Positions 11,120 through 23,009 of a stretch of DNA of 64,000 bases are shown here, one piece after another. Below the pieces are notes generated by a model that saw only the letters and a list, made by a program, of their open reading frames with translations, made no database searches and was not told the DNA's origin. Source of the DNA: Felis catus (taxonomy: Eukaryota); assembly GCF_018350175.1 (NCBI RefSeq), contig NC_058368.1:188358001-188422000 (forward strand). The letters are read 5' to 3'. Both the position numbers and the translations under genes were made by a program. Position 1 is the first letter of the stretch, and each line of letters opens with the position of its first letter.

Positions 11120-11954
11120 CACTCTGTCACAATTAAATGGTTGTTCTCAGGGCATCTTTATTTTTATGTTTCAGCAGCTTTTGTGTTATTTGTTTTATGT
11201 CCAAATAAATATATTTTTATTCCGTATTATAATTAGGAAAATATTAACATTTTAAAGAGCTTTTCTGAAATCTTATTAGCTATGACCATGTTTTTTCTCA
11301 AAAACAAAAACAAACAACAAACCTCCCCTAAAAACAAGCAATCAAGCAGAGGGTTCACTGAAAGCACCATCTCAGCCCATAACAACTTTTTTTCAAAAAA
11401 GCTCAGCCCAGGCCCCTGAAAGGGCTCAAGTTTTCTGGTCTGTGGGGCCCCCTCAGGTTGGAGAAAGAGGAAAGGAAGAGCGAGAGTGGGAGCAGCCATA
11501 GCAAGAAACCGCAAAGGAAAGAGGGGCTTGGAGAGGAGAAAGAGTGTGAGGAGGGACCCAAACAGGTGCCTCACCCCCACAGCCCTTCCTAGATCGGGCC
11601 CTACCCAGCAGAACAAACAGCATCACGGTCAAACTCTCTCCTACATAAAATGAGTTCGGAAGCCCAGATGACACCGAACCCAATAGAAATCAATACCACA
11701 AAATCTCAACAGAACTCAGGAAATCAGGGCAGCCCCTGGAAGTGGGCTGTGATGGGCTTCCACCTGCTGGTGTGGCTGTGTGGCTGAGGGAAGGAGGGGG
11801 GCCCGGGACCCAGGCCAAGGGAGGCATGGCCGGCTCATCCCCTCCCACACTCTATGTTTCTCTGAAGAAATCTAATTTTCTTTTTTGGGTTCTCTTCTCT
11901 GACAGCATCCATTCTTCTTGGTGAGGCCATGAAAACCTTCACCTCATTTTCTTT

Positions 11955-12350
11955 TGATCGGGTTCCCGGCTTTTATGGGCTTTGGCAGAGGGCGACTGAA
12001 ATCTAGTTACCGTTATTCACGTGGCTATTGTTTCAAAAGGCAAACAGATAGGCTCCGAACCCTATTATGTGCCATCGATGTCCCCTCCAGCCTCGGGTCT
12101 GCTGGAATGTGCTCCGTCACCCCGACGGGATGGCTTCCTATTAATATTTTACCAGCTGCCGCTCTGAGTCTAATCCTCTTACCCCAGGACGCGGTCTAGC
12201 CACTAGCTGCAGCTCGAAAACCCGGCGTGGTAACTGTGTACTTAAGAGCCTGTGTTCTTGGCCCTTGATTGCAAACCCGGAAAGAAACCAAATAAGGATC
12301 AACTCATAAAATGAAATGCACAAATTAGATTTTGTTCTTCCCAAGGCCCA
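11955..12350. promoter_or_regulatory. CpG-retaining unique segment, candidate enhancer
   Basis: 18 CpGs counted in 11959-12279; motifs TTTTATGG, CACGTG, TGGAATGT, TAATCC. Confidence 0.4.
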
Positions 12351-12659
12351 GCCCCCAGGATTACAGTGACAGCTGCCGCAGGTGGAGGGAAGCACGGAGA
12401 TTTCAGGCCCTGGGGGACAGCTCGGGCTTGGCCACAAGTGCAATGGTCAGGAACCCAGGAAGGAGGTCTGCTTGGAGGGGTCCTGCCCTGAGCTAAAGCC
12501 ACATGGGGGTGTTTGGAGAGCTCTAAAGTGTCTCTCTTGTCCAATTCTCTCCAAAAACCCCTGGAGGAAAACTCCAATGTGTGGTTTTCTACCCTGTACT
12601 TGTTTCTGGAAACTGTGGCTCAATTCCCATGTGCCCATGTGAGGCAGCCCACCTTCCTA

Positions 12660-12908
12660 TCTCAGCAGTCAGAAATCAAAGTAGTGGACACTGTGGCCAG
12701 GAGGCACAGGCAACACGGTGGGATGGGCGTGAGAGACAGCTTCTGGAGTACTGGCAGGATTCTGGGTTTTGATCTGGGCGCTGATAACTTAGGGATACTC
12801 AGTTTATGCAAATCCAGCAAGCTGTACATTTATAATAAGAACACTTTTCTTTATGTATATATTCTATGTATGTTTATTACTTACTCTTCAATAAAGTGTA
12901 TTAAAAAT
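12660..12908 (+). mobile_element. old L1 3' end (L1MC/ME-like)
   Basis: TTTTGATCTGGGCGCTGATAAC..CAAGCTGTACATTTA..TTCAATAAAG terminus. Confidence 0.7.
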
Positions 12909-12929
12909 TGACATCAGTTATATTGTCTC

Positions 12930-13075
12930 TCTGGAGTCACAGAGCCCTTTGAGAATCTGATAAATGACGTGAACCTTCTCCCCAGGAAAACTCACAAACA
13001 CCGCAAATTTTGCATCTACGGTCCCCGCCTTCCAGGGGTCTCTGCCTCCTCCCTCATGTCTCCCCAATTTCTGAA
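12930..13075. mobile_element. hAT-Charlie-type non-autonomous DNA transposon fragment
   Basis: GTCACAGAGCCCTTTGAGAATCTGAT..CTTCTCCCCAGGAAAA..AAATTTTGCAT matches a recalled MER-type consensus. Confidence 0.55.
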
Positions 13076-13575
13076 TCACAGCCACTGCTCCTGCAGAACA
13101 GACAGGCTGGCCCACCTCTGGCCTCTGTTGTCCCTAATCCATCTCAGGCACCACTGTTTCATCATGAAAAGGTTTCTGCTCAAAAACTTACACTGCCTTC
13201 TCTTGACTAACTGGAACAAATAGAAACATCTTATCCCGGATTTGTAGAATCTCCATCAGCTGCCCTTTCTTACCTACCTAATGCCACCTCATACTCTCCT
13301 CCGACTGTACCCTTGCAATTTCAGTGACTGCAACATGTCAATTCATTCCTGCCTTTGAACATTCTACTTTTCTCAGCCAGAAATCTCCTTTTGTTAGGCT
13401 TGTAAAATACGACAACCACAGTCCTGCCTTCCCCAAGAACCCTTTCTCGACTACATCTGCAAAGATGTCTCCCTCCTTTGAATCCTAAGCACTTTTCTCT
13501 CTCTTATTTCATTACATGGTTCTGTATCATTCATTCATGTGTTCTGTAGAGAGTACCTGTTACTCTGTTTCAACT

Positions 13576-14101
13576 CCATTAGCTTTCTATTGCTGCCATG
13601 ACTAATTACCACAAACTCAGTGACTTAAAATAACACAAATTTATTATAGTTCCGTAGGTCAGAAGTTCAAAATGAGTGCCAGTGGGCTAAAGTCAAGGTG
13701 TTGGATGGCTGTGTTCCTTTCTGGTGGCTGTAGAGGAGAATCTACTTCCTTACCATTTCCAGCTTCTAGAAGATGTCTACGTTCCACAGTGCAAAGCCCC
13801 TTCCTCTGTCTTCAAGCCAGCAACAGTGAGCTGAGCTGTTCTCACATGTCATCACTCTGACTTCCTCTTCTGCCTCTTCTGTCTTCCCCTTTCAAGAAAC
13901 CTCATGATTACATTAGGCATTCCCAAATAATCCAGGATAATCTCCTTATTCTGAGGTCAGATGATTAGCAAACTTAATTCCATCCACAACCTAAATTCTT
14001 ATTTGCCACGTAAAGTAACATATTCATAGGTTCCAGGAATTATAATGTGGGCATTCAGGGCGGGGGCGGGGGGGGGGGGGGGATTATCTTGCTCTACCAC
14101 A
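13576..14101 (-). mobile_element. MaLR solo LTR (MLT1D-like)
   Basis: ATTAGCTTTCTATTGCTGCC..TTACCACAAACTCAGTGACTTAAA..GGATAATCTCC..CATATTCATAGGTTCCAGG..CTACCACA. Confidence 0.88.
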
Positions 14102-14204
14102 AATTCCATTCCATATTTTTTTCTTTATACCTGATTTTATTACTTGGCTCTGTATAATTTATTCATTTTATTCACCCACTCCATTCATTCATTTTATAGT
14201 GAAC

Positions 14205-14924
14205 ATGTATTGTTGTGTGGTCCAGTATCCATTGCCCCACTTCTAATACAGTATCCCAAATTTTCCCTTGGGAATCACCGCCTGTCACTGTTGGTCCACC
14301 AGCTCCAGGACAGGAAACCTCTACCCAACTCCACCCCTGGCCATAGTCGTTCTTCTCACTATTTTATTTTATTTTATTTTTAATATGAAATTTATTGTCA
14401 AATTGGTTTCCATACAACACCCAGTGCTCATCCCAACAGATGCCCTCCTCAATGCCCATCACCCACTCTTCCCTCCTTCCCACCTCCCATCAACCCTCAT
14501 GGGTTTTTTTTTTACTATTTTATTTTATTTTTTATATGAAATTTATTGTCAAATTCTCTCAGAAACATGTGACCCAGTAAGAATCAGCGAAACGATTAGT
14601 GCAACTAGTGGGAAAGAAGAACATGCTCTTTGCCACTAACATAATAGGAAAAATGAGAATCTGGAGGTACCCGGAATGCCATAGAAAGCCTGAAAATGAA
14701 ATGGATGCCTGAAAACAGAGCCAACTTTTAAGAAGGCAGAGCTGAGAGATGAAAAGAAACTGAATATTACAGCCATCATTTAAGCCCCTGGATCAAGCCA
14801 CACCTGAAGTCAAACCAACTTCTGGGCTTTTCAGTCATGAGGTCTGTAAGTTTCTTTTTTGGATTAAACCTGGTTAGATTGGGGTGTTCTGTCACTTATA
14901 ACCGAAAGAGTTCTAAGTGAAACA
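14205..14924 (+). mobile_element. ERVL solo LTR (LTR16-like) interrupted by an L1 tip
   Basis: CCCCTGGATCAAGCCACACCTGAAG..TTCTGTCACTTATAACCGAAAGAGTTCTAAGTGAAACA 3' end. Confidence 0.65.
14358..14555 (-). mobile_element. young felid L1 3' tip with partial second copy
   Basis: ATGAAATTTATTGTCAAATTGGTTTCCATACAACACCCAGTGCTCATCCCAAC is the reverse of the recalled felid L1 3' terminus. Confidence 0.85.
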
Positions 14925-15068
14925 CATTCCTTCACTTCTTTATTCAGCAAGTTCCCACTGCACACCTACTTTGTGTTATGCACTAGAAATTGCAACATAA
15001 TATTGCTATCACGATGAAGATTATGGAAGTGTTCAGCATAGACAGGTGATCTAAAGAATGGGGACAGG

Positions 15069-15275
15069 CAGGGTGACCTGTGGCTCAGTGGTTAAGTGTC
15101 CAACTTCAGCTCAGGCCATGATCTCAGAGTTCACAAGTTTGAGTCCCGTGTCAAGCTCTCTGCTGTCAGTGCAGAGCCTGCTTCAGATCCTTTGTCTCCC
15201 TCTCTCTCTGCCCCTGCCCTGCATGCTGTCTCTCTCTTCTCAAAAATAAATAAACATAAAAAAAAAAAAATTAAA
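15069..15275 (+). mobile_element. Can-SINE
   Basis: 17-bp TSD TAAAGAATGGGGACAGG at 15052-15068 and 15276-15292. Confidence 0.93.
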
Positions 15276-15564
15276 TAAAGAATGGGGACAGGGAAGCAAC
15301 TAAGCTGATATAGTGTAATGAATAGGAATTTTCGAGGCTGAGGTTGGGAGAGGTGATAATAAATTGTGTTTCAGACTGAAGGAAAAATATGTGCAAAGGC
15401 TGGGAAGCAAGGGACTCTCTTCTTGTTTTCCAAGTGTAAGTCTTGCCTCTACAACCAGATCATAACTCCTCAGTGTCTGTCTAGATTCAAGGTGGCATTA
15501 TAATTGTAGTCATAACAACTATAATATCATCATAACAACAAAGAATAAGCATAGTATCAATAAA

Positions 15565-15722
15565 TGCCAACACTTTCTGAGCCCTTACCATATATCAGCC
15601 ATTACTCCAAGTATTTATACGTATTATTTAATCTTCAAAGCCAGACTTTGAAGTGTTTCTTATTATCGCCATTTTACACACAGGGACGCTGAGGCAAAGA
15701 AAATCTAAGCAACTTGCTGAGC
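15565..15722 (-). mobile_element. MIR (probably continues at about 16846-16925)
   Basis: Reverse MIR core CCATTTTACACACAGGGACGCTGAGGC..AAGCAACTTGC. Confidence 0.7.
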
Positions 15723-15901
15723 ATGGCAGGTACTTCTGGTTGACTGACCAACAGTCGTGACTTTGTTTTTCCCTGGCTAGCAAAACCTCAGTTTTTGTTC
15801 AAAAGATCATGTCCAGTTTTTTTATACCACATATCATTTTTGTACATTCATAAAAATATTAAGGGAAGTAAATTGGTCAAGGTATTCCGAAATCTGCTTT
15901 A

Positions 15902-16090
15902 AAAAAAAAATGCTTATTTACTTTTGAGAGGGTGGGGAGAGAGAGAAAGAACATGAGTGGGTGAGGGGCACAGAGAGAGGGAGATACACTGTCAGTGCAG
16001 AGCTCGATGCGGGACTCGAACTCACGAACCGCGAGATCATGACCTGAGCTGAAGTCAGATGCTTAACCGAATGAGCCACCCAGGTGCCCC
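15902..16090 (-). mobile_element. Can-SINE
   Basis: Reverse head ...GAGCCACCCAGGTGCCCC; TSD AAATCTGCTTTA. Confidence 0.92.
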
Positions 16091-16412
16091 CCTAAATCTG
16101 CTTTACGTTGAGAATCTGCACACTTTTCCATCCAGAGTCCTCAGTGCTCAAGTTTTTCCATATATGATTGTCCTCTGTACCACCAAGAACTTTGATGATG
16201 TAGTGTTTCTCAAAAGGGTGCCCTTCTGTCATCTCTGGGCTGTGTTCCCAGGAAGCCATCAGCATTCTGCAGGGTTGCTGCATGAGGACAGGCAATGCTT
16301 AGCACTAATAACTGCATGACCTACCCAATATGAGAGACGCTAAAAATATATAATGTGTGTGTGTGCACATGTACATGCACACACATCTTAGGTTTAAAAA
16401 AAAAGAAGAATT

Positions 16413-16642
16413 GGGGCACCTGAGTGGCTCGGTGGGTTAAGGTCCGACTCTAGCTCAGGTCATGATCTCACAGTTCATAAGTTCGAGCCCCACATCGGGC
16501 TCTGTGCTAGAGCTCAGAGCCTGGAGCCTGCTTCAAATTCCGTGTCTCCCTCTCTAACTGCCCCTCTCCAGCCCACACTCTGTCTCTATCTCTCTCAAAA
16601 ATAAACAAACATTAAAAAAATTAAAAATTAAATAAAAATTAG
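16413..16642 (+). mobile_element. Can-SINE
   Basis: Full SINE; TSD AAAAAGAAGAAT. Confidence 0.94.
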
Positions 16643-16690
16643 AAAAAGAAGAATAGTAACTTTCTCGTACTATTAAAACACTTTTAGTTT

Positions 16691-16784
16691 GGGGGCACCT
16701 GGTTGGCTCAGTCAGTAGACCATGCCACGCTTGATCATGAGTCCAAGCCCCCCATTGGGTGTGGAGCCTACTTTAAAAAAAATG
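16691..16784 (+). mobile_element. short tRNA-Lys-derived carnivore SINE lacking the (CT)n region
   Basis: GGGGCACCTGGTTGGCTCAGTCAGTAGACCATG..CAAGCCCCCCATTGGGTGTGGAGCCTACTTTAAAA; TSD AAAACACTTTTAGTTT. Confidence 0.85.
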
Positions 16785-17214
16785 TTAAAAAACACTTTTA
16801 GTTTGGTTTGTGTTATTTGCAGCCAAAAGCTTCTTTTCTGACTGACCAAGGTCACCAGTATAATATGTGGCAGAGCTCAGACTTGAACCCAGGCATTCTG
16901 ACTCCAAAGAAAGCTACTGTGCTAAACAGCTTTTGTGTTTTAGCTGAAGTGACAGATCTGATGTATTGATAGCAATTCCCCAGAGTGTCGTGTTGAGAGG
17001 GATTCTGAAGCCATGGTGTGTTATCTATGACTGCCATGGAACCCTGACTGGTGACTCTTATTGTGCAAGCTACATGTTTACCCTTCCTAGATAATCACCT
17101 CAACTCTCAACTTTTATTCAAAGCCATGGATTCCTACAGCTGGAACAGGACCAGCTTCCACCTAAACACTTCAGAACAAACAGGCAGGACTGCCACAAAC
17201 GGCCATGACTCCAA

Positions 17215-17301
17215 AGAGTGCTATTCACATAGATTATGGTGTAAATGTCAGCCCCTGGTTTTGTGCAGTACACAACCTACACAATTGTACCTGGAAGCTC
17301 T
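17215..17301 (-). mobile_element. hAT-Tip100 (MER91-like) fragment
   Basis: TTGTGCAGTACACAACCTACACAATTGTAC resembles the recalled MER91 terminus. Confidence 0.5.
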
Positions 17302-18217
17302 TCAAAGAGTAATTCTTTATTTAAATACCACAAATACAATCTTCATAGCTAATTGCAGTCATTTATTCTGGGATTTTATAACCACTATGAAGGTCAAGTC
17401 ATTTTAATGTCTAATTAAATTTCTCCTGTTTAAATTAAATTCTCTTCCTGGATGACACAGACTTAAGAATAATACAAAGCATTTAGTCTGACTCTATAGG
17501 GGCTCAATATTCATGAAACATAAGTGAATCCTAAAAAGTCCTTCATACATTTGAAGACAATAATTAAGTCTCTTATTCCCATTAGCTTCCGTAAGCTAAA
17601 CAAGCACAGTTTATTTTACTAGCCATTACCACGGGCCACTTTAATTCAGCATATCACTTCATCCTCACTGTAACCCTATGAAGAAGCCTTGTCATTGTTT
17701 CCATTTTACAGATGAAGACCGGAGTAGTTGGGAATACAGGTCCTGCAGTTAGTCAGCCTGGGTCTGTGTGACTTGGGATATGTTCCCTCTGTGCTCCAGG
17801 CCCCTCAGCTGTGACATAGAGATAACCACAGACCTGTTTCTCAGGATTGCCCCAGAATTTAGAGTATTTCACATCATGTCATTGCGTAGTAAATACTCGA
17901 CACTCTTGTGCTGCCACTGTTAGTATAACTCCAGCATCCCAGCCTGGGAAGGGACTGAGCAGGGAGCTGAGCTCCAGATGTCTTTCTCCTACTCCACCCT
18001 TCTCACTCTATCACAGGTTTGAAAAGGACCTGAGAGACTGTGTCATCACCTCATCATTCTACAGACCAGGGACCTGAGGCCCACTGTGGATCATCATCAC
18101 CCACTTAGCTATCAGGGAGAATCTGGTACTCAGAATAGTCACTCTTCTCTGCCTACCCTACTGCTTTGAACCTGATCTCATGGGCCCAGTCTTCACCCAT
18201 CCATTGGGATCAATGGA

Positions 18218-18251
<34 letters not shown>

Positions 18252-18849
18252 TAGCGGCTCATACGGGACAACTTGGAGCCATGTTGTTTCATGGAGCAGT
18301 GAGAGATCGTCCCCCAACCATGCCAAGCTGATCAAGGTTCCAAGGGTCCCCAGGCGTGGCAGGAGCATGCTCATGCCTGGACACCCCAGGGACCCACAAC
18401 AACTACAGGGCACCATTTGCTTGCCCTGGGGACTCCTTGTGTGAATTAGTGTGTCCTATTAAAAATGAAATCCAAGATAACAAATTGTCCTAAAAGGCTC
18501 AGATGTCTTTAACTGTGGCTTTATCTTCTCCCCCAGGCCCAGTGACTTCTAATGAGTTCCAGCTCACATCCTGGATGAATTATCGTTGGAGAAGTGTGTG
18601 CACTCAGTGAAAATAAACGAACAGCGAGACTCATGTTTACTCCTTAATTTACTCTATCCCAAAATAGTTTCCTTTAAAAAAAAAAAAAAAAAGAACATTT
18701 TCAAATAGAGGAATGAACATTGATTAACCCCTTGTGCTTCATACAAAAAAAAAAAAAAAAAAAAAAAAAAAACCCAAAACCACCACACACACACACACAC
18801 ACACACACAGTTGAATTTATGACTATTGACTTACAGAGTAATGTGAACT

Positions 18850-19000
18850 TGAAACATCTGTGACCTTTGACAAGTGTATTCCCATCCTGGGCCTCAGTCT
18901 ACTCATCTACAGGTAAGGATAAAAACATCTATTTTTACGGCTATCGTGAGGATTCACGTAAATAAACTGGTTCAGCACATAGTAGTAAATGTTAGGTTTT
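18850..19000 (+). mobile_element. MIR
   Basis: TGTGACCTTTGACAAGT..GGCCTCAGTCTACTCATCTA..GTGAGGATT. Confidence 0.7.
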
Positions 19001-20290
19001 TGCAAAAAGCTGATATTTTATAATGTTATGCAAAGTTGCATGTAAATTTAATTTGGGAAATCCATCCTGTTTTCCCCGTTGTTTTACATAATGTCAGAGA
19101 TCCTTCGTCTTTTTCCTTCATTCCTCCTGGATGTCCAGCAGACTACAGGTCCTGTTTTTCTGCCTCCCTATGCCTTCCATCAAAAACTCATGATCTACAA
19201 GCTAATTCTTAAATGCCCTAGGGAACTACTCCTTAAAGGAATCCTGTGCAGAGGCAAAGCCATTGCCTGTAAAGTGAATAATCGCCTTTTAATTGATCTG
19301 GTTTATGAGGTAGTATATTGAGTTTCTGTAAGTTGAACCCACACTGTGGGGGTCACTCCACGTCGACTCCCTTGGCAACCTCATTTGGTGAGAAAGAAAT
19401 TAGGTAGAATTGCTTATACTCCAAGGAAGGGAGACACGAAGCTGCTCCCTGTCCCTTCTCTCTACAGAGCAGTTTTATTTTTGTTTTTGTTCTTATTTTT
19501 CCATAATTCCTTCCTCATCCTGCCTGTGGAAGAAGAAACAGCCTCGGGGCAGGGTCACTTGTCACCATGGTGGTGAGGGACAGTTCCGCATGTGAGTGTG
19601 TGGATCTGAGAGTGGGTGTTTGAGGCGGGAACGGCACTTCAGAACTGAAGTCTGGGTCTGGGTAGAGACAGAGCCTCTGACAGGAAGAGCCCCTTGTCCC
19701 AAACAGCCACCACCTCTCTTCCCAGCACCTCCTGCCTCTCTTCCCCTTGCCTTCCTCACAGGGCTGCCTTGACCTCAACCTAGAAAAAAAACAGAAGCTG
19801 GAGGGACTCTAGTCAAGGGCATCATGACTTCCCCCTCAGCTCTGAGGGGTGAGTCATCTTCTGGTTTCTCCATTGATTAAAAGAGGAAAATGAATATGCA
19901 TTCCCTCAGGGAAACCGTGAAGTCTACTGATGAAGCCTCAGCCATTATTCATGGGTTTAATATCTACCTTGGTCCTGGCAAGCACTTCAGATTATGAGAA
20001 GGCTGTCTGAGGGGGAAGTCAAGAGAAGACTAGAAAAGAAAATATTGGAGGATGTTTTTACCTAAACCCCTCTTGTGGGTATAAAGTTCACAGTCACAAT
20101 TCTGGTACCACTGTTTCTGCAAGGGGCGAAAAAACTCTTAGCTCTTTCCACAGCAAGATAATGGCATCACTTCTCTGGTGAAAGCCCATCTCTTTGGGGG
20201 TAATTTATTCAATTGAATTGAAACTTCTTTCTCTTCCCCTTCATCTTGTCTCCTCCAGGGGGAAGCTAAATTCTCCGAAGGCTTTTTCTT

Positions 20291-20517
20291 TTTTTTTTTT
20301 TCTTTTTTTACATTTATTTATTTTTGAGAAACAGAGTGAGACAAAGCGTGAACGGGGGAGGGGCAGAAAGCGTAGGAGACACAGAATCTGAAGCAGGCTC
20401 CAGGCTCCGAGCAAGCGGTCAGCACAGAGCCTGATGCGGGGCTCGAACCCACAAACTGTGAGATCATGACCTGAGCCGAAGTTGGACACTCAACCGACTG
20501 AGTCACCCAGGCGCCTC
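20291..20517 (-). mobile_element. Can-SINE
   Basis: Full reverse SINE; TSD GAAGGCTTTTTCTT. Confidence 0.94.
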
Positions 20518-22582
20518 CCCAGAAGGCTTTTTCTTAGCCTTCTAGCCTGATGGGAGGGTCCCCTGTTCCAGATATGTCTGTCATCCTGGTAGGTTTAGGT
20601 ACCACCCAATGTCCAGGCTGGCCTTCACTGAGGTATATGCCATCTTTCTAGGCCTGGGTGTGGGCTTCTCCCCTTGTCCCACCCGCTTCCAAAGTGTCCA
20701 CCCCTGATGTAACAGTGGTACAGTAAATACAAGTTGTTTTCCCAATGGCTGAGTGTCTTCTTGGGTCTGTGGATCCTGAGAACTGTCCTCTCTGAGCCCC
20801 ACCTTTGGCCCATTACTAACGACTCTGCCAGGATGTCCCCTCAAGCCACATCCCAGTGACCCCATAGCAGGCACTAGATTCTGACTTCTTAACTGCATTT
20901 CTCTCCCCAATCAAATAGGGTGTAGGGGCATTTTGAGATCTCATCCACATCGGCTAGACCTGAGGGAGACTCAGAGGCAGGGTGCGGGGAAGACAGCACA
21001 AGACCCTCTCCACCTAAAAATGCAGCCACTCCTGCTCTATTGAAGCCGCCCCATATTGGCATGGGGCACCTCAACCAAAAGGTGGTCTCGTCCCAGAATA
21101 TCGGATCCTGTTTTTAGATCTCCAACCTGCCCTCCTCCTTTGTGGATTCAACACAAAGCAGGAGGTGGGGGAAGTAAAGAATAATTATTCTACTTTCCAC
21201 CTGTCTCAGAGTGTGGATATAAACCCTCAGAGGATCCAAGGAGAAAACATACGTAAGGCAGTAAGCGCATAGACCCAGAAAGTGCTCTATCAGTCTTAAA
21301 AAGATAAAGCTATCCCCATTAGCTAGCACAGCCTAATCAACTGTTTAATCAGTCACTTAATTGATTTAATATCTGTGTTCTTGTTATCCATGCCAACACA
21401 GTACCTTATACACAACAAGGGCTCAGAAAGTATTTGCTGAATTCACTCACTTTAAGGGAAGAAATGCAACCGGCTTGAAGACAAATCCTATCCTTTCCAC
21501 TGGATTGGGAGAGAGGGTAGCTCATGTGGGAACCCCACAGGAACCAGGACATGAGCTGGCTAGGGGCAGTACTTCTGGGGCTTTCCAACCCATGATAGTC
21601 CTTCATGTACTTCTTCTTTAATTATTTGTCAAGAGTCCCTCTGAAAGCAAGAGGACAGGTCTACTTTAGGAAATGGTTTTGAAATTGATAGGCTCCAGGA
21701 AGTCTCCTTGATTCAAAACCTGAAGAAAGTGAGTATTGCTGAACAACGAGCTCATCCTACTCAAGGTAGAAAGAAAGACCTTAGGGGAAATGACATGGGA
21801 CCAAGCAGCCCCTATTCAGCACTATTTCCTAGCACACAGCAGGGGTTCAATTGATGGAATGAATGATTTCTTGATTTCAGATAGCATTCAAAGCCTCACC
21901 TTCCCCCTCCCCCCCCCCCCGTCTTGTTCAGAGAGTGACCACAGTGCACATTTACTAGACCACAACCTGGCTATCTTAGCTACATAGACAGAACAGCAAA
22001 TGCCCAAAAGGGCTTGATTTATTATTGCACACATGTGAATAAATCCCTGGCCTACCATATCCCAGCCCTCCTAGCACCTGGAACCAAAGCTGGCTACTTC
22101 AGAACGCCCTATAAGCTATTCAGTGTGGGCACCTACGATGTGTAAGAACAGTAATGAGATCTTTGAGGCAATGATGTAGGAATAAAATATAATTTCTGCC
22201 TTACAAATTGGGAGGAAAAAATAAACACACAAATGCAGACTTAGTTACACCAGGAAATTTATGTTAAATTACAACTGAGTGATATAATCATTTTGTGCTA
22301 CAGGTTTGCAAAAGAGCAGATGATATCTGAGAGGTGATCAGAAGAGGTGAGGGAAGACTTTCTGGAGAAGCTGAGGTTGCATGAGTCATGAGGCATGAGT
22401 TATGGTCGGGGGAGCACTAGGACAGTGAGGAGACTGAGTGTCCATTGGCCACCTCACCAGGGGATCCTCAGAGAAGACATTGGGGAGAGCGTCGACTGAT
22501 AACAATAGTTACCACATGTCAGGCATTGGACTGAGCTTGACATGAATAAGCTCAGGGAATCGTCTTAACAACTCTGAGACAG

Positions 22583-23009
22583 TGTGTTAGAAACTGCTGG
22601 GGTCTCCCTTTCTTCCTTCTTCACAGAACCTCGGTTTTGTTTCAGGCAACACTGTGTTCAGTTAAAATACTCAGGATCCCAGCTTCCTTTGCAGGTGTCG
22701 TTGGTCATCCTGGCATAGTTGTGGCCAATGAAGTGTAAGATGGAGTCACCTAGTGGGACTCTCCAGAAAGCTCTTCAAAGGGAGACAAATGCAACATGCT
22801 CATGTCTTAGCCACCTTGTGGCCCTGGGTGCTTGGGTAGCAAGACAGAGGGAGCCTGGGTCCCTGATGAGTCCCATGAACAATGGCACCAATACAGGATT
22901 ACCCACCCCTGAACTGTTTGTCAACGTGAGAAAAACACACTCTTCCTTGGTTAAGCCACTACCATTCGATCTCTGTTACTTGCAGCAGAACACTATCTTA
23001 ACACACACA
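22583..23009 (+). mobile_element. ERVL solo LTR (LTR33-like) inserted in a MIR
   Basis: TG..CA ends; CCCAGCTTCCTTTGCAG..GTGGCCAATGA..GGAGCCTGGGTCCCTGATGA..GTTAAGCCACT..CTGTTACTTGCAGC; MIR halves at about 22500-22582 and 23010-23135. Confidence 0.75.

Noticed and set aside
16691..16784. tRNA-like sequence
   Set aside because: Deleted anticodon/variable region, A-tail and TSD indicate a retroposed SINE, not a functional tRNA
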